Assembly: GCF_018350175.1 (NCBI RefSeq)
Contig: NC_058368.1
Location: 107,758,001-107,822,000, forward strand
DNA length: 64,000 nt
Direction of reading: 5' to 3'
Origin: Felis catus
Taxonomy: Eukaryota
Positions 1 to 12,308 of this stretch are shown one piece after another. The notes under the pieces were generated by a model that saw only the letters and a program-made list of their open reading frames with translations, was not told where the DNA came from and made no database searches. The position numbers were made by a program, and so were the translations under genes. Each line of letters opens with the position of its first letter. The stretch's first letter is position 1.

Positions 1-739
1 AATTAAAACTACTTCTTGGGAATGGAGTGGCCATGTTTTAAGGCACCATGTGCTCTTGTAAAATCCATCATTTTTCCTGATGTTCTCTGGAAAATAGTCA
101 AGAAGTCTTCTATGATGGTGAGAGGATTTTCCAGGTTTTCCATACATGCTCCATAGTGTTAGCTTAATCCTTATAAATTGTAGGAATGGTGCTTATTCAA
201 GAGCACTGGGTGAGGAAGAGAAAGTGTCTGATTTTAAATGTTAATCTACTCTTTACTGAAGAGTAAACCACTCAAAAATGATCTGAAATTTCTCCTGACA
301 TTTATTGCCTTTTGACATTAACTCAGTTTGGTTCAGGAGAAATAACGTGGTGTCAAATTACCTCATTGTGACCTTGATCTGAACATTTCTACACTTTCAC
401 AACCTTCATAGAAATATATCACGAGAGTTCAAATGGACACTGAGAACCTCCTCTGACAGAGAATATTCCTGTATGTATAAGACTAAGTCAGACGTAAACC
501 CAAACATTCCCCTAAGACCTGATAGATTTCAGACAAAATGGCCACTACCTATCCCAGCAGGCCAGAAGACAATCATCATCTTTATGTGAATAATGTGATC
601 CTATGTCACATTCCAGAAACGTCCACAAAAGTCAAGACTGATATAATCTAAAACTTGCATGCAAACTGTTAAGGCAAAATCAAGGACTCTATTTTTAGAT
701 TATGTTATTGTTTTAGAAAACTACCCTGAGAACCGTCTA

Positions 740-1192
740 CACTAATTAGTGACTAGGCAAATAGTACTGGTTTAAACGCAATGGAAGCTTATTTCTCCTT
801 TGTAGTAATGGTCAGAAAGCAGGTAGTCCAGGGCTGGTATGGTCATTTGTCTCCATGAGATCATCCAGAAACCATTCTCTGCCCATTATTTGTGCTTTCT
901 CTGCTTGTGGTAGATGAGAGGGTTCCGGGTTTTGTATAATCAGTTAAACAGCAAAATGAGGGAAAGGTAAAGAAATGGCATGATCTCTACTTTAAGGACA
1001 AGTCCAGAAGAGGTCATTTTCTACTACAGTCCATTGCATATAACATAGCATTATGGTGGCACCCAACAGAAAAGAAGTTGGAAAATTTATTAGTTCCTAG
1101 TTCTGGTATCCAGGAGGCAGTAGAAATCAAGGTTCTATTCTTGTAAGAGCAAAGAAGGGAGTGGACCTGGGTAGCAACCAGCAGTCATGCTG
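740..1192 (-). mobile_element. MaLR solo LTR, MLT1 (J/K-like), degenerate
   Basis: Motifs 'tggtttaaac..gaagcttatttctc..gtccagggctggtatgg' and the end 'gggtagcaaccagcagtc' resemble reverse-orientation MLT1 consensus from memory; boundaries approximate. Confidence 0.5.
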
Positions 1193-1204
1193 GTACTGTC
1201 TTAT

Positions 1205-1345
1205 TGTCAAAGTCACTTTGGGAACTTTAAAAATACGTAATCCTGGGCCTCACCCCTGGAGATTCTGATTGAGTGGGTCTGGTTTAGGCTCATTGGCCAA
1301 ATTACTCCCAAGCTGTATCTTAGTGATAAGGTGAATCACCAGAAA
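1205..1345. mobile_element. MER5A-like hAT-Charlie MITE fragment
   Basis: 'aaaaatac..tcctgggcctcacccctggagattctgattgagtgggtctgg' is the characteristic MER5A core. Confidence 0.55.
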
Positions 1346-1493
1346 GTTATATTTCAGTAGAATTGCCTTCACAGAAACCTATTATGCTCTCTGCTTTCAA
1401 AAGGATGTGATAATAAATAGCTATGCAGCCAGCATCTGTGCACTTTTCTGCATTAGAACTGTTGTCAAGGCTATTAAGCAATATGTTGTTCAG

Positions 1494-1733
1494 TTTTTTT
1501 TTTTTATTTTTTTTTTAATGTTTATTTATTATTGAGAGACAGAGAATGAGCATGGGAGGGGCTGAGAGAGAGAGAGGAGGAGGAGGAGACACAAAATCCG
1601 AAGCAGTCTCCAGGCTCCTCCAGGCTCCAAGCTGTCTGCACAGTGCCCGCCGCAGGGCTCGAACTCACAAACTGTGAGATCATGACCTGAGCCGAAGTCA
1701 GACACTTAACCGACTGAGCCACCCAGTCACCCC
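1494..1733 (-). mobile_element. Can-SINE (SINEC_Fc-type)
   Basis: Poly(T) tail, (GA)n tract, reverse tRNA-like head ending 'gactgagccacccagtcacccc'; short TSD 'cagttttt'. Confidence 0.95.
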
Positions 1734-2109
1734 CAGTTTTTCTGATGTAAAGATCCTAATGACTAATTGCTTTTAGCCTTCAATTCCAGCTAAAAGCATT
1801 TAAGTTTGATTCTCCTAAAATTTATTATGCTTTACTACCAATTGGAGCCATGTAATCAATGGAATTTTCCTTTTTGCCTTAGCTGTAGAAAGAAAAGAGC
1901 TTTGTTTTATGTTCACCTGTTAGAGCCTTGCTCAGTATTTTGCAGCCTTTGCTCAGTATCAGTGCAGATAACTTTTGTTGTCCTCTGTTTCTCTTAAATA
2001 TATTCAATATTACAGGATTCTGGAATTTCTGTCAGGTTTCCTCAAATTAGAATTAGATTTAGAGGAGACATATAAATAAGGGAAATAGGAATTTCTAAAC
2101 AGTACACTG

Positions 2110-2777
2110 TGAATAATGACAGTAACATTTTTTTTCCTGAGTGCTCACTTTGTGTTAAGCACTATGCTGAGTATTTTATAACATCAACCAGTCTAACACC
2201 AACCTGTGTGATCCAAATAAATCCTGGCTCCAAAATGGCTCGCTTTCTACACAGTGTCATCTTCAAAGAAACATAGTCCAGGAAACAAATGTAATTAAAC
2301 ACAAGACCCAGGCTTTACTTTGATCTCTCAAAAGTGATTAACAGATACAACTACTTAAATACAGCAGAGGTTCCCTAAATTCCACTTTCACCTCAAATCT
2401 CTTGGATCCGTTAGTGCTCAAACATACAGCCAAGGATTGTGGGGTTTGTTTTTGTTTTTGTTTTTCCTTTTTTCTTTCCCTCATTCCTCTGTAACTCTTG
2501 TGTCTTCTCCCTGTGAGAGGACAGACCTTCAACTCTCATCTATTGTGTAAGCAGTGATGCCACAGGATAGAATTTTGTGGAATCCTCTGAATGCATTGAT
2601 CTCCTCTCATTGCATTCTCCCCCAGTCACACTTTTGAGCATTCCTATTTTTATGAGAAGACACTGAGACTTTGTAAAATTAATCACCTTCTCCAACTCCA
2701 AAGTCACCCAGCTAAGAATCAAGATATTGAAGGCCAAGCAGTGAAACCTCTAAGTCTGTATGCTTAGACACTCTGCT
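2110..2777 (-). mobile_element. MIR, split by a ~424-bp insertion (halves ~2110-2206 and ~2631-2777)
   Basis: 'gagtgctcactttgtgttaagcactatgctgag' and 'cctatttttatgagaagacactgagact..aagtcacccagctaag' are consecutive MIR segments. Confidence 0.6.
2207..2630. mobile_element. Candidate solo LTR of unassigned family
   Basis: Interrupts a MIR; termini TGTGA...TCACA (TG..CA, 5-bp inverted repeat); no clear TSD. Confidence 0.35.
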
Positions 2778-2869
2778 CTCTTGTTGCACTTTGAATGGCC
2801 GGAAGGATGGAACAGTTATTCTTCCATAGTTTGAAAGCACTTCCAGTATTATCTTCCGGAAACAGTGTT

Positions 2870-3085
2870 GTCTCTGTTAGATTACTTGTCACATTGTATT
2901 TTAATTGCTTATTTTTGTTCCTACCTGCCATTGCACTCATTATAAGCTTAGTGAGATCATTTTTTTTTCCTGTTTACTACTGTTACCAGTATATCCACTA
3001 TTTTGTGCAGAGTAGATAAGTAGATAGTGCAGAGTAGATAATGAATAAATATTCATTAAATTAATGGCTGGATGACTGGATGAAG
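2870..3085 (+). mobile_element. L2 3' end fragment
   Basis: 'ataagcttagtgag..tgtttactactgt..aataaatattcattaaattaatgg..gatgaa', typical of an L2 terminus. Confidence 0.5.
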
Positions 3086-3284
3086 AGTGAGCTACCTTTC
3101 TCTATGACTAGAATTTTCTGTCATCAGTAATTTACCCATCTCTATGATCGCCAGACCTTTGGTATGTTGTAGTGAGTTAGCTTTTTTTCATGGCTCTTAA
3201 ATTGATACTGAAAAAATTCTCGAAAGAACAGTTCAAAAGAAGTTTTGAGCAGTAGCAATGTTATATGTTATATTGTGACACTGT

Positions 3285-3455
3285 GGAAAAAAACCCAGAA
3301 TTTAGAACCAGATAACTAAAGTATGAATTCCAGCTGTGAATAGTCTTGGGTAAGAACATTTCAAATTTTTCCTTTTAAATAGGTGATACTACTTGCTGTG
3401 ATTCATGGTTTATTTGTTATTATGTGAGGTGATGTATGTGAAAATCTTTTGAAAA
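3285..3455 (+). mobile_element. MIR fragment
   Basis: 'gaattccagctgtg..tcttgggtaag..taaataggtgatactac..gatgtatgtgaaa' follows MIR consensus order. Confidence 0.45.
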
Positions 3456-4817
3456 ATCTCATATATTACTATTATGAAAACTATAAAATTGCTAATTTGC
3501 TTGTTAAAATGCCATGAATAACAATCATATTATCTTTGGATGCATAAGTGCACAGTAGTGTCCCATCTCTGTTTATGATTTTTTTACAGTAAAATTTCAG
3601 AGGAAATGAATGGATGGCACTTTTTTTTTAACTGTCTCCATTTATGTTTGAACAATAGCTATGCCAATGGAAATGCATTTCCATTGATGAGTTTATATAC
3701 TAAACAATATACCCATCACATTTCACAGAGTATCACACCATCTAGACTTTTAGAAACATGACTTTGTAATATTGTTCTGTACTGTTATATATTTTTTAAA
3801 TAAAATGTCATCAAATTCACTAAGCATTTAACAGAGTAAAAATCATTTTATAATTCCTCATTTTTTCCAAGAAGTAAAATTTGACCAGTAAATAAAATAT
3901 AGTATCTGCATTTTGGTAGATTTAAATAATTATGGATCTTTCCCAATCTTATCAAGGATATTAAAAAAATACTTAATTCCACAAAATGAACAGTAAGTGC
4001 TTCAGCAATGCCAATAATTCAGAATATGTGTTAAATGAAATTAGGATTCAAGACAATTACCTTTAGTTAGGTTACAGAATATAAACCATAGAGAGGTTAT
4101 AGGTCTCTATAGTTCACCAGGAGTTACATTGAAAAGGTCACTTGAATACAAATGTAAGAAGGATCCAATAAAAGATAAATCCAGAAGTTTTTTAAATATT
4201 AATTTTGGTAAGTTCCAGTTTCACAGTGCTGATACTGTTTTTTCCAGAGATTTCAATAATCTGATTACACTTCTGTGTTGTGCAATGAAGCAGTAAGCTT
4301 TCCCACAAAACATTTGGGAACGCAGTTTCACAGAATGTTCAATATCTTTGTAACCTACTTTCAAAACTTAGTGATCCTATAAAATGTATTTTTCTAGCAT
4401 AATATACATTAAATTGGCACACATGTCCAGGAAAACTACCTTGCAAATATGTATCAATTAAATCACTGCCCAAGTCTCAGCGAAATTTTCCATATCCCTA
4501 TGTTTTCCATATCCCTTGTCTTAAAGATATGCCTTATCTGTTCAGAATGTTTCAGAATTAAGGCACAATCATTTCATTGTATTTTTCCCCTTTGATCTTT
4601 ATTACTAGAGATTACCTGATTTACTATATATGTATATTGTCTGCACAACTGTAGAAACTCCAGATAACAATAAAATCTTATTTAGGTATGATTTTGTACA
4701 GTCTGAAGTCTCTGGGCACTAAAGAATTAATTTGACTAACCCTTTGAGAAGTACTAGATACACACTGTGGAATAATTTATATAGAACATGTAAACTGAGA
4801 ACTGAGGGTTTTCTATG

Positions 4818-4977
4818 ATTTTATTTTATTTTATTTTATTTTATTTTATTTTATTTTATTTTATTTTATGTTATTTATTTTATTTTTAAGTAGGCTCCAC
4901 ACTCAACATGGGGCTTCAAATCACAACCCTGAGATCAAAAGTTGCATGCTCTCCTGACTAAGCCAGCCAGGTGCCCC
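4818..4977 (-). mobile_element. Short old Can-SINE (no CT tract) with (TTATT)n tail
   Basis: 'taggctccacactcaacatggggctt..gagatcaaaagttgcatgctc..agccagccaggtgcccc' preceded by a pentanucleotide tail. Confidence 0.9.
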
Positions 4978-5209
4978 AAACCGTTAACTTAAGCTTAAAT
5001 ACAAAAAGATTATATACAGACATATCTTTTATTTATCTATCGATCTGTTACTATCTGCTAATTAGGAGTGGATAAGACTAATATCTCTTTGGACTTTGTT
5101 TTTGGAGAGGAGCATTTTGTTTAGTATCATTTGCTCATTCCTTTTGTGTGGTTCATACCCATTCACATCGTATGTGGTTCTGTGCAACATTTTACACTAG
5201 ACAATACAT

Positions 5210-5600
5210 TAGGCGAGTTTTATTTTAGTGCAACCAACAGAAAGAACATGCCTCTGGGTAACTAAAGCAGAAAATAAGTTATTGGGAGAGAGCTGCACAC
5301 AGTCCAAAAAGCTAAGTAGTCATGCTTCTGGGAGACAGGGATGGCAGGTGGGTCTGGGGCTTCAGTAACTGGCATTAATAGAGATTCTTTTAGAGTTCTG
5401 CCATTGTCAAGGCTCAGCCCAGGTGCCTATAGGGTCCCATATCTTTCTGTTCAAACTCCACCTTCTCTGGACAAAGGCACTGACTCATCCAGTTTTAACT
5501 CTTCCTGGTCTCTTCCTCCACATCTCTCAGACCTGGCCAGAACGGTAGAAGAATGTCACAGATATGGCAATGCCGGCATTGCTATGAGGCAACGTATACC
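5210..5600. mobile_element. Old MaLR/ERVL-type LTR fragment
   Basis: 'tgcaaccaacagaaa..ctctgggtaactaaagcagaaaataagttattgg' resembles old MLT1/ERVL LTR ends; family uncertain. Confidence 0.3.
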
Positions 5601-6250
5601 CTAATTTTGTGTTTCTCACAATTGGTAGCTGCCATCAGGGCTGATATGATCTTTGGAAGAATTTCTCTCTTATACCAGTAATTCCTCAAAGTTCACTGTT
5701 TGAGCACAGAATTTAGTTCAGGCTTACGTCTGCAGCTCTGCTTGTTTCTGTCTTTCCATTTGTTCTTGTTCAGATTGTGCAGTCCTGCAATTATGACTGC
5801 TGCTGCCACGTTAGCCAAAATGTTCGTGCCCATCTGTGCTTCTGGGGCAGGATAGACTCGCCTGGCTATCTGAAAGATTCTCCTGTAGTACTCAGAAGTA
5901 GTTTACTCTGTGGTTAATTCCAGTTTCCACTATTAAATATTTTCCCCTCCCTTTCTACATATCTGTTCATAGTGGCCTAGTAGCTGGAATTTTTGCTATT
6001 TGATTATTTTCTGTTGGTTAATGCATGAAATAATTTGGGACAGTGCTTTATTTCAGTCCATCTGTAAGACCCCAGAGATATTTGCTGAATATGGAAAGCT
6101 TTGTTTTAATATTACTTCATTCATTCATTTATTGTAGAAAAGAATGAATGACTGAGGTGAATGGTAGCTCCCTGGCATACTTAGTCCTCAGGTAGAAAAT
6201 TTTTGCTGCTGCTTTCAGAAAAACTTTCCAACCTAAAACTTTCCACCCTA

Positions 6251-6487
6251 GGGGCGCCTGGGTGGCGCAGTCGGTTAAGCGTCCGACTTCAGCCAGGTCA
6301 CGATCTCGCGGTCCGTGGGTTCGAGCCCCGCGTCGGGCTCTGGGCTGATGGCTCAGAGCCTGGAGCCTGTTTCCGATTCTGTGTGTCTCTCTCTCTCTCT
6401 CGGCCCCTCCCCCGTTCATGCTCTGTCTCTCTCTGTCCCAAAAATAAATAAAAAACGTTGAAAAAAATTTTTTTATTTAAAAAAAAA
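6251..6487 (+). mobile_element. Young felid Can-SINE (SINEC_Fc)
   Basis: CpG-rich full-length copy; 16-bp TSD aaaactttccacccta (6235-6250 / 6488-6503). Confidence 0.97.
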
Positions 6488-6531
6488 AAAACTTTCCACC
6501 CTAAAATTTTCAATTAAAATGCCAAAACATA

Positions 6532-6763
6532 GGGATGCCTGGGTGGCTCAGTCAGTTAAGTGGTTGACTTCAGCTCAGATCATGATCTCATAGTCCGTGG
6601 GTTCGAGCCCTACATCCGGCTCTGTGCTGAGCCTGGAGCCTGCTTGGGATTCTGTGTCTCCCTCTCTCTCTCTCTCTCTGCCCCTCCCTGCTTGTTCATG
6701 CTCACTCTCTCTCTCTTTCTCAATCTCTCAAAAACAAATAAACATTACAAAAAATTTTTAAAA
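6532..6763 (+). mobile_element. Can-SINE
   Basis: tRNA head, CT tract, A tail; TSD taaaatgccaaaacata (6515-6531 / 6764-6780). Confidence 0.96.
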
Positions 6764-8559
6764 TAAAATGCCAAAACATAAGTCTATATGTGCTATAAGT
6801 TACATTTTTTCAAAATCTGCTCCTTGATAATTTCTTCCATTTTTATAACATTCCAGTTTTAATTGACTCAAGGTGACACATTTTTTTCATTTAACAAATG
6901 GTGCTGAGAAAACATAGTATCTATTCTATTATTAATTCACTGAATGATCTTTAGTAGGTCATTTGTGCTTTTGAGCACTCTATTAATAAAAGGAAGTATT
7001 AGTATTTATCTGTCTTGTGAAAACTAATAGAATTTTCATATGAAGCATCATTGGCATGCTTGCTCCAGCTACCCAGAATGTTTCCGTTTTCCTCTATATT
7101 TTCAAGTTATTTGATGTCATTGTCTAATTTACAATTTTCTCTTGTGTTGAAGAGACACTTCTAATGACTGTCCCTGTCCAGATCATTGTAGTGCTTAAGG
7201 ACTGTACATAAAACAATTGATCATCTGACCTTTCACATTCCTTTATTATGGAGTCACCATTGCCTAGAACGTACAGGCGAATTTTGATTTGTACAAATCT
7301 AGGAATTTATTTGGAGTGCTAACATGGTTTTCTTAACATTATGAAAATATTTCTTCTGGAGTCAAATTAAGCGATATTATATTGATTATATCTGAAGTGT
7401 TTCCCATAATACTCTCTATAATTAATGGAAGTTTAAAAATGGATTACACATTTTTAAGATGAGAGCTGAGTAGAAGGCCCTTAGGCTCCTCTTGTCTGAC
7501 AAACACAACTAGATAGTCATCCTAAATATCCCCCAAATCAACCTGAAGTCTGACAGAACAAACTCCACAACTAAAGGGAAATAAGAGGCCATATCAAAGA
7601 AGGCAGAAAGTTTATATATGTGTTTTAAGGGAGAAACAGAACTCTGGTGCGTGGAGGAGAGGGGAGCCATGTTCACAGTGAAAGGCAAGAAAGAGTAGCG
7701 CCCACAGGGAAACGCACAAGGAGAACATTTCCCCAGAGCAATTGACTGGGAAGATGAAGTGATTTTTCTTTGAGTTCTTGTAGCCAATGAGGCTTAAAGC
7801 CTAGAGTTTTAAAGGTCAGCAGGTTCAGTTGGGATAGAGCCCTGATGGCCCTGCTCTGCTCCTAGAGAGAAGGCAAACACCCTGGAGGCAGATGGTGGAA
7901 CAGCATTTTGAAGAATGCCTGGGGCACATAGAAGGGACATTATTCACTCTTCTTGGTGTGTATCCCTGAGAAGCAGCTGCCTCTCAGGGGACAAAGGACG
8001 TGGCCTGCACCGTATTTCTCCCCTGCCCCTCAGCATCAACACAGAGCCACCCGGGAGAAACAGCAGAGCACCAACACAGGCTGCCTAACTTGTTTACAAC
8101 AATTCCCACACCCCTGTGCTCTGGTGGGACTGCCCTTCTTAGTCGAACTTCCCTTAGTCCCGGCAGGGTGGGCCCCTTCCCCCAAAGACTAGCAAAAACC
8201 CTGCCCACACCACGTCAACCAATTAGAGAGGTGTGCAGGGCTTCAGTTCTAGTGGAAGTAGTATCAGGTCTCATTTAACAAGCAGACCAGAGCACAGCTA
8301 ATTAAAACTCACCACACTCCGGCCAAGGACCAAACACTGTCCACTACAGGCAAAGAGAGCCTCTGCAGACAACTGTCCTGAAGGATATAGCAGCCAAAAC
8401 ACAACAGCAGAGCACATGCAGCACACACAGAGATGCTCCCTGTAGAGCCAGGCCCTGGATACTACTGACCTCTTCTTCATAAAGTCATTACTCTCAGGAG
8501 CAGGAAACATAACTGGCTTTTCTGTTAACACAGAAGACAGACACTTAGACAAGAAGCCA

Positions 8560-9313
8560 TGATGGAGGAGTTCATCCCAAATGAGAGAACAAGATAAGGC
8601 CACAGCCAGAGAGTTAAGCAAAACAATTATGAGTAACATGCCAGATGGAGAATTTAAAGCCAAAATCCATAAAGATACTCTCTGGGCTTGAGAAAAGAAT
8701 GGAAGAAGACATCGTGACACCCTCACCACAGAGATAAAGGAGTTCAAAAAGAATCAGTCAGAAATGAAGAATGCAATAACTGAGATTAGAAAGAGGCTTG
8801 AGGCGATGAACAGCAGGTTGGAAGAAGCAGCGGAATGAATAGATGGTAGAGAAGACAAAATAATGGAAAATAATAAAGCTAAACAAAGGAAAGAAAGAAG
8901 AATTATAGAACATGAGAATAGACTTAGGGAACTCAGTTACTCCATCAAACGTAATAATATTCATATCATAGGAATCCTAGAGAAGAAGAGAAAGGAAAGG
9001 GTGCAGAAAATTTGAGGAAATAATAGCTGGAAACTTCCCTAACCTGGGGAAGTAAACAGACATCCAGACCCAGAAGGCACAGAGAACTCCTATGAAAATC
9101 AACAAAAACAGGCCAACACCAAGATGTATTGTAATTAAATTTGCAAAATATAGTAATAAAGGCAAAATCTTAAAACCAACAAGACAAGGGCACATGGACG
9201 GTTCAGTGAGTTCAAAATCAACCAACTCTTGATTTTGGTTCAGGTCTTTAACCCAGGGCCATGGAATCAAGCCCTGATTGGGCTCTCTGCTGAGCATGGA
9301 GCCTGCTTAAGAT

Positions 9314-9376
<63 letters not shown>

Positions 9377-9710
9377 ACTGACCCTCTCTTCCACTTGCAC
9401 TGTCTCTGTCTCTCTCAAAATAATTTTTTTTCAAAGCAGCAAGACAGAAGAAGTCCTTAACTTACAAAAGGAAGACCCATAAGACCAGCTTCAGATTTCT
9501 CAAAAGAAACTTGGCAAGCCCCAAGGGAGTGGCATGATATATTCAATGTGCTAAACGAGGAGAATCTGCAGCCCAAAATACCCTATCCAGCAAGGCTGTT
9601 ATTCAGAATAGAAGGGAAGATTTAGTTTCCCAGACAAACAAAAACTAAAGGAGTTCTTGACCACTAAACCAGCCCTCCAAGAAATATTAAAGGGAACACT
9701 TTGAGTAGAA
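8560..9710 (+). pseudogene. L1 ORF1 remnant (RNA-binding protein), stops/frameshifts, SINE-interrupted
   Basis: Purine-rich coiled-coil-like coding, 'ccagacccagaaggcacagaga', 'gcccaaaataccctatccagcaaggctg' (conserved ORF1 C-terminal region); boundaries approximate. Confidence 0.8.
9187..9432 (+). mobile_element. Older Can-SINE inserted in L1 ORF1
   Basis: Head, long (CT)n, tail; degenerate TSD aaaccaacaagaca / aaagcagcaagaca. Confidence 0.92.
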
Positions 9711-11218
9711 AAGAAAGACCAAAAATGACAAAGACAAGAAAATAACATAGAAATCTCCAGAAACAATGAGAAAGCAAGTAATAAAATGGCACTGAATACA
9801 TGTCTGTCAATAATTACTCTGAATGTAAATGGACTAAACACTCCAATTAAAAGACATAGGGTGTCAGAATGGATAAAAAAGCAAGACTCATCTATATACT
9901 GCCTAAAAGAGACTCATTTTAGACCTAAAGACACTTGCAAATTGAAAGTAAGGGATTGGAGAAATACTTGTCATGCAAATGGACGTCAAAAGAAAGCCAG
10001 AGTAGCAGCACTCATATTAAATGAACTAGACTTGAAAACAAAGTCTGTAACAAGAAAGGAAAAAGGGCACTATATCATATTATAAAGGGACAATCCGAAA
10101 GAAGATCTAACAGTTGTAAATATTTATGCACCCAACACAAAAGCACTCAAATATATAAAACAAGTAATAACAAACATAAAGTAACTAGTTGATAATAATA
10201 TAATAATAATAAGAGACTTTAACTCCCCACTTAAATCAACAGACAGATTATCTAAACAGAAAATAAACAAGGAAACAGTGGTTCTGAAAGACACACTGGA
10301 ACAGATTAACTTAACAGATATATTCTGAACATTCCATCCTAAAATAGCAGAATACACATTCTTTTCAAGTGTCCATGGGACATTCTCCTAAATAGATCAC
10401 ATATTAGTTTACAAAACAGACCTGAACAAATACAAAAATAGTGAGATCATACCATGCATTTTTTCTGACCACAACACTATGAAACTTGAAGTCTACCAAA
10501 AAAAACAAAAACAAAATACTTTAAATACATGAAAGTTAAAGAATATAATAATGAATATTGAATGGCTAACCAAGCAATAAAAGAAGAAATTTTACAAATA
10601 TATGTAAACAAAAGAAAACAAAAACACAATTGTCCAAAACCATTGGGATGTAGCAAAAGTGGTCCTAAGAGGGAAGTAGATAGCAATACAGCCAAAGAAA
10701 AATCTCAGGTAAACAGCCTAACCTTACACCTAAAGGATGGAGGGAGAACAACAAATGAAGCCTAAAGCCAGTAGAAGAAAGGAAATAATAGAAATTAGAG
10801 CAGAAATAAATGATATAGAAACTAAAAAAAATCAATAGAACAGATCAATGACCAGGAGCTGATTCTTTAAAAAATTAATAAAATGGATAAACCTTTAGCA
10901 AGAGCTATCAAAAGAAAAAAGACCCAAATAAATAAAATAATAAATCAGAGAGGAAAAATAACCACCACCACAGGAATACAAACAATTATAAAAGAATATT
11001 ATGAAAAACCATATGCCAACAAGTTGGACAAGCAGCAAGAAATAGATGAATTCCTAGAAATATATAAACTACCAAAACTGAAACAAAAGGAAACAGAAAA
11101 CTTGAACAGACCAATAACCAGCAAATAAATCAAATAAGTAATCAAAAATCTCCCAACCAACTAAAGTCCAAGAGCAGATGGCTTAGACAAGCTAATAGCT
11201 TTTCTTCTCAAACTATTC

Positions 11219-11245
11219 AATAAATAAATAGATAGATAGATAGAT

Positions 11246-11304
<59 letters not shown>

Positions 11305-11310
11305 AAAGGA
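11219..11310 (+). repeat. Compound microsatellite (TAAA)n(GATA)n(GAAA)n inside L1 ORF2
   Basis: Directly visible tetranucleotide arrays. Confidence 0.95.
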
Positions 11311-11930
11311 AGGAAAACTTCCAAATTCATTCTTTGAGGCCAGCATTACCCTGATACCAAATCAGATAAAGACTCCACTAAAAAAGAGAACTACAGACCA
11401 CTATCCCTGATGAACATGAATGCAGAAATTATCAATAAAATACTAGCAAACTGAGTCCAACAGTGCATTAAAAGAATCATTCACCATGATCAAGTGTGAT
11501 TTATTCCTGGGCTGCTAGGGTAGTTCAATATTCACAAATCAATCAATGTGATATACCACATTAATAATAGAAAGGATGAAAACTATATGATCCTTTCCAT
11601 AGATGCAGAAAAAGCATTTGACAAAGTACAATATCCATTCATGATAAAAATCCTCAATAAAGTAGGTTTTGAGAGAACAAAGCTCAACATAATAAAGGCC
11701 ATCTATGAAAAACCCACAGTTAATAACATCCTCAATGGGGAGCAAATGAGAGCTTTTCCTCTACAGTCAGGAAAAGATAGGGATGTCCACTCTCACTAGT
11801 TATTCAACACAGTCCTATTTCTAGACCAACATTCAGCAAAAAGAAATTAAAAGTATCCAAATGAGCCAATAAGAAGCAAAACTCTCACTGTTTGCAGATG
11901 ACCTGATACTCTATATAGAAAACCCAAAAG

Positions 11931-12100
11931 GGGGGCACCTGGGTCACTCTACTGGTTGAGCGTCTGACTTCATCTCGGATCAAGATCTCATAGTTCACAA
12001 GTTCAAGCTCACTGCTGTCAATGCAGAGCCAGCTTCAAATCCTCCCCCTCTCACTTGGCCCCTCCCCTGCTTGCTCTCTCCCTCAAAAAAAAAAAAAACA
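11931..12100 (+). mobile_element. Can-SINE (internally deleted) in L1 ORF2
   Basis: 'gggggcacctgggtcactc..' to poly(A); inserted ~30 bp after the FADD codons; the empty site 'atagaaaaccctaaagactccacc' is seen in the L1 at ~46770. Confidence 0.88.
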
Positions 12101-12102
12101 GT

Positions 12103-12308
12103 GGGGCACCTGGGTAGTTCAGTTGGTTGATCTTGCAGACTGTGAGTTTGAGCCCCATGTCAGGCTCTGTGCTGACAACTCGGAGCCTGGAGCCTGCTTC
12201 AGATTCTGTGTCTCCCTCTTTCTCCGCCCCTCCCCAGCTCGCACTCTGTCTCTCTGTCTCTCAAAAATAAATAATGTTAAAAAAAATAATAAATGTTAAA
12301 AAAAAAAA
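12103..12308 (+). mobile_element. Can-SINE, apparently nested in the tail of the preceding SINE
   Basis: Head 'ggggcacctgggtag', body, CT tract, double A tail. Confidence 0.92.

Noticed and set aside
3005..3041. Short direct duplications (gtgcagagtagataa x2; also 4486-4516 and 55340-55386)
   Set aside because: Ordinary slippage duplications; only 2-3 units with no spacer regularity, so not CRISPR-like
6251..6330. tRNA-like A/B boxes at SINE heads
   Set aside because: These are tRNA-derived SINE promoters followed by CT tract and poly(A), not tRNA genes
6203..6451. Recurring ORF family 'GAPGWRSRLSVRLQPGHDLAV..GACFRFCVSLSL' (also 27383, 28511 and related frames elsewhere)
   Set aside because: These are translations of Can-SINE copies, not a protein family
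8298..8747. Longest ORF (149 aa), antisense across the L1 5'UTR/ORF1 start, superficially like primate L1 ORF0
   Set aside because: Starts at TTG (113 aa from the first ATG at 8639), lies in a decayed element and has no recognisable homology; most likely chance
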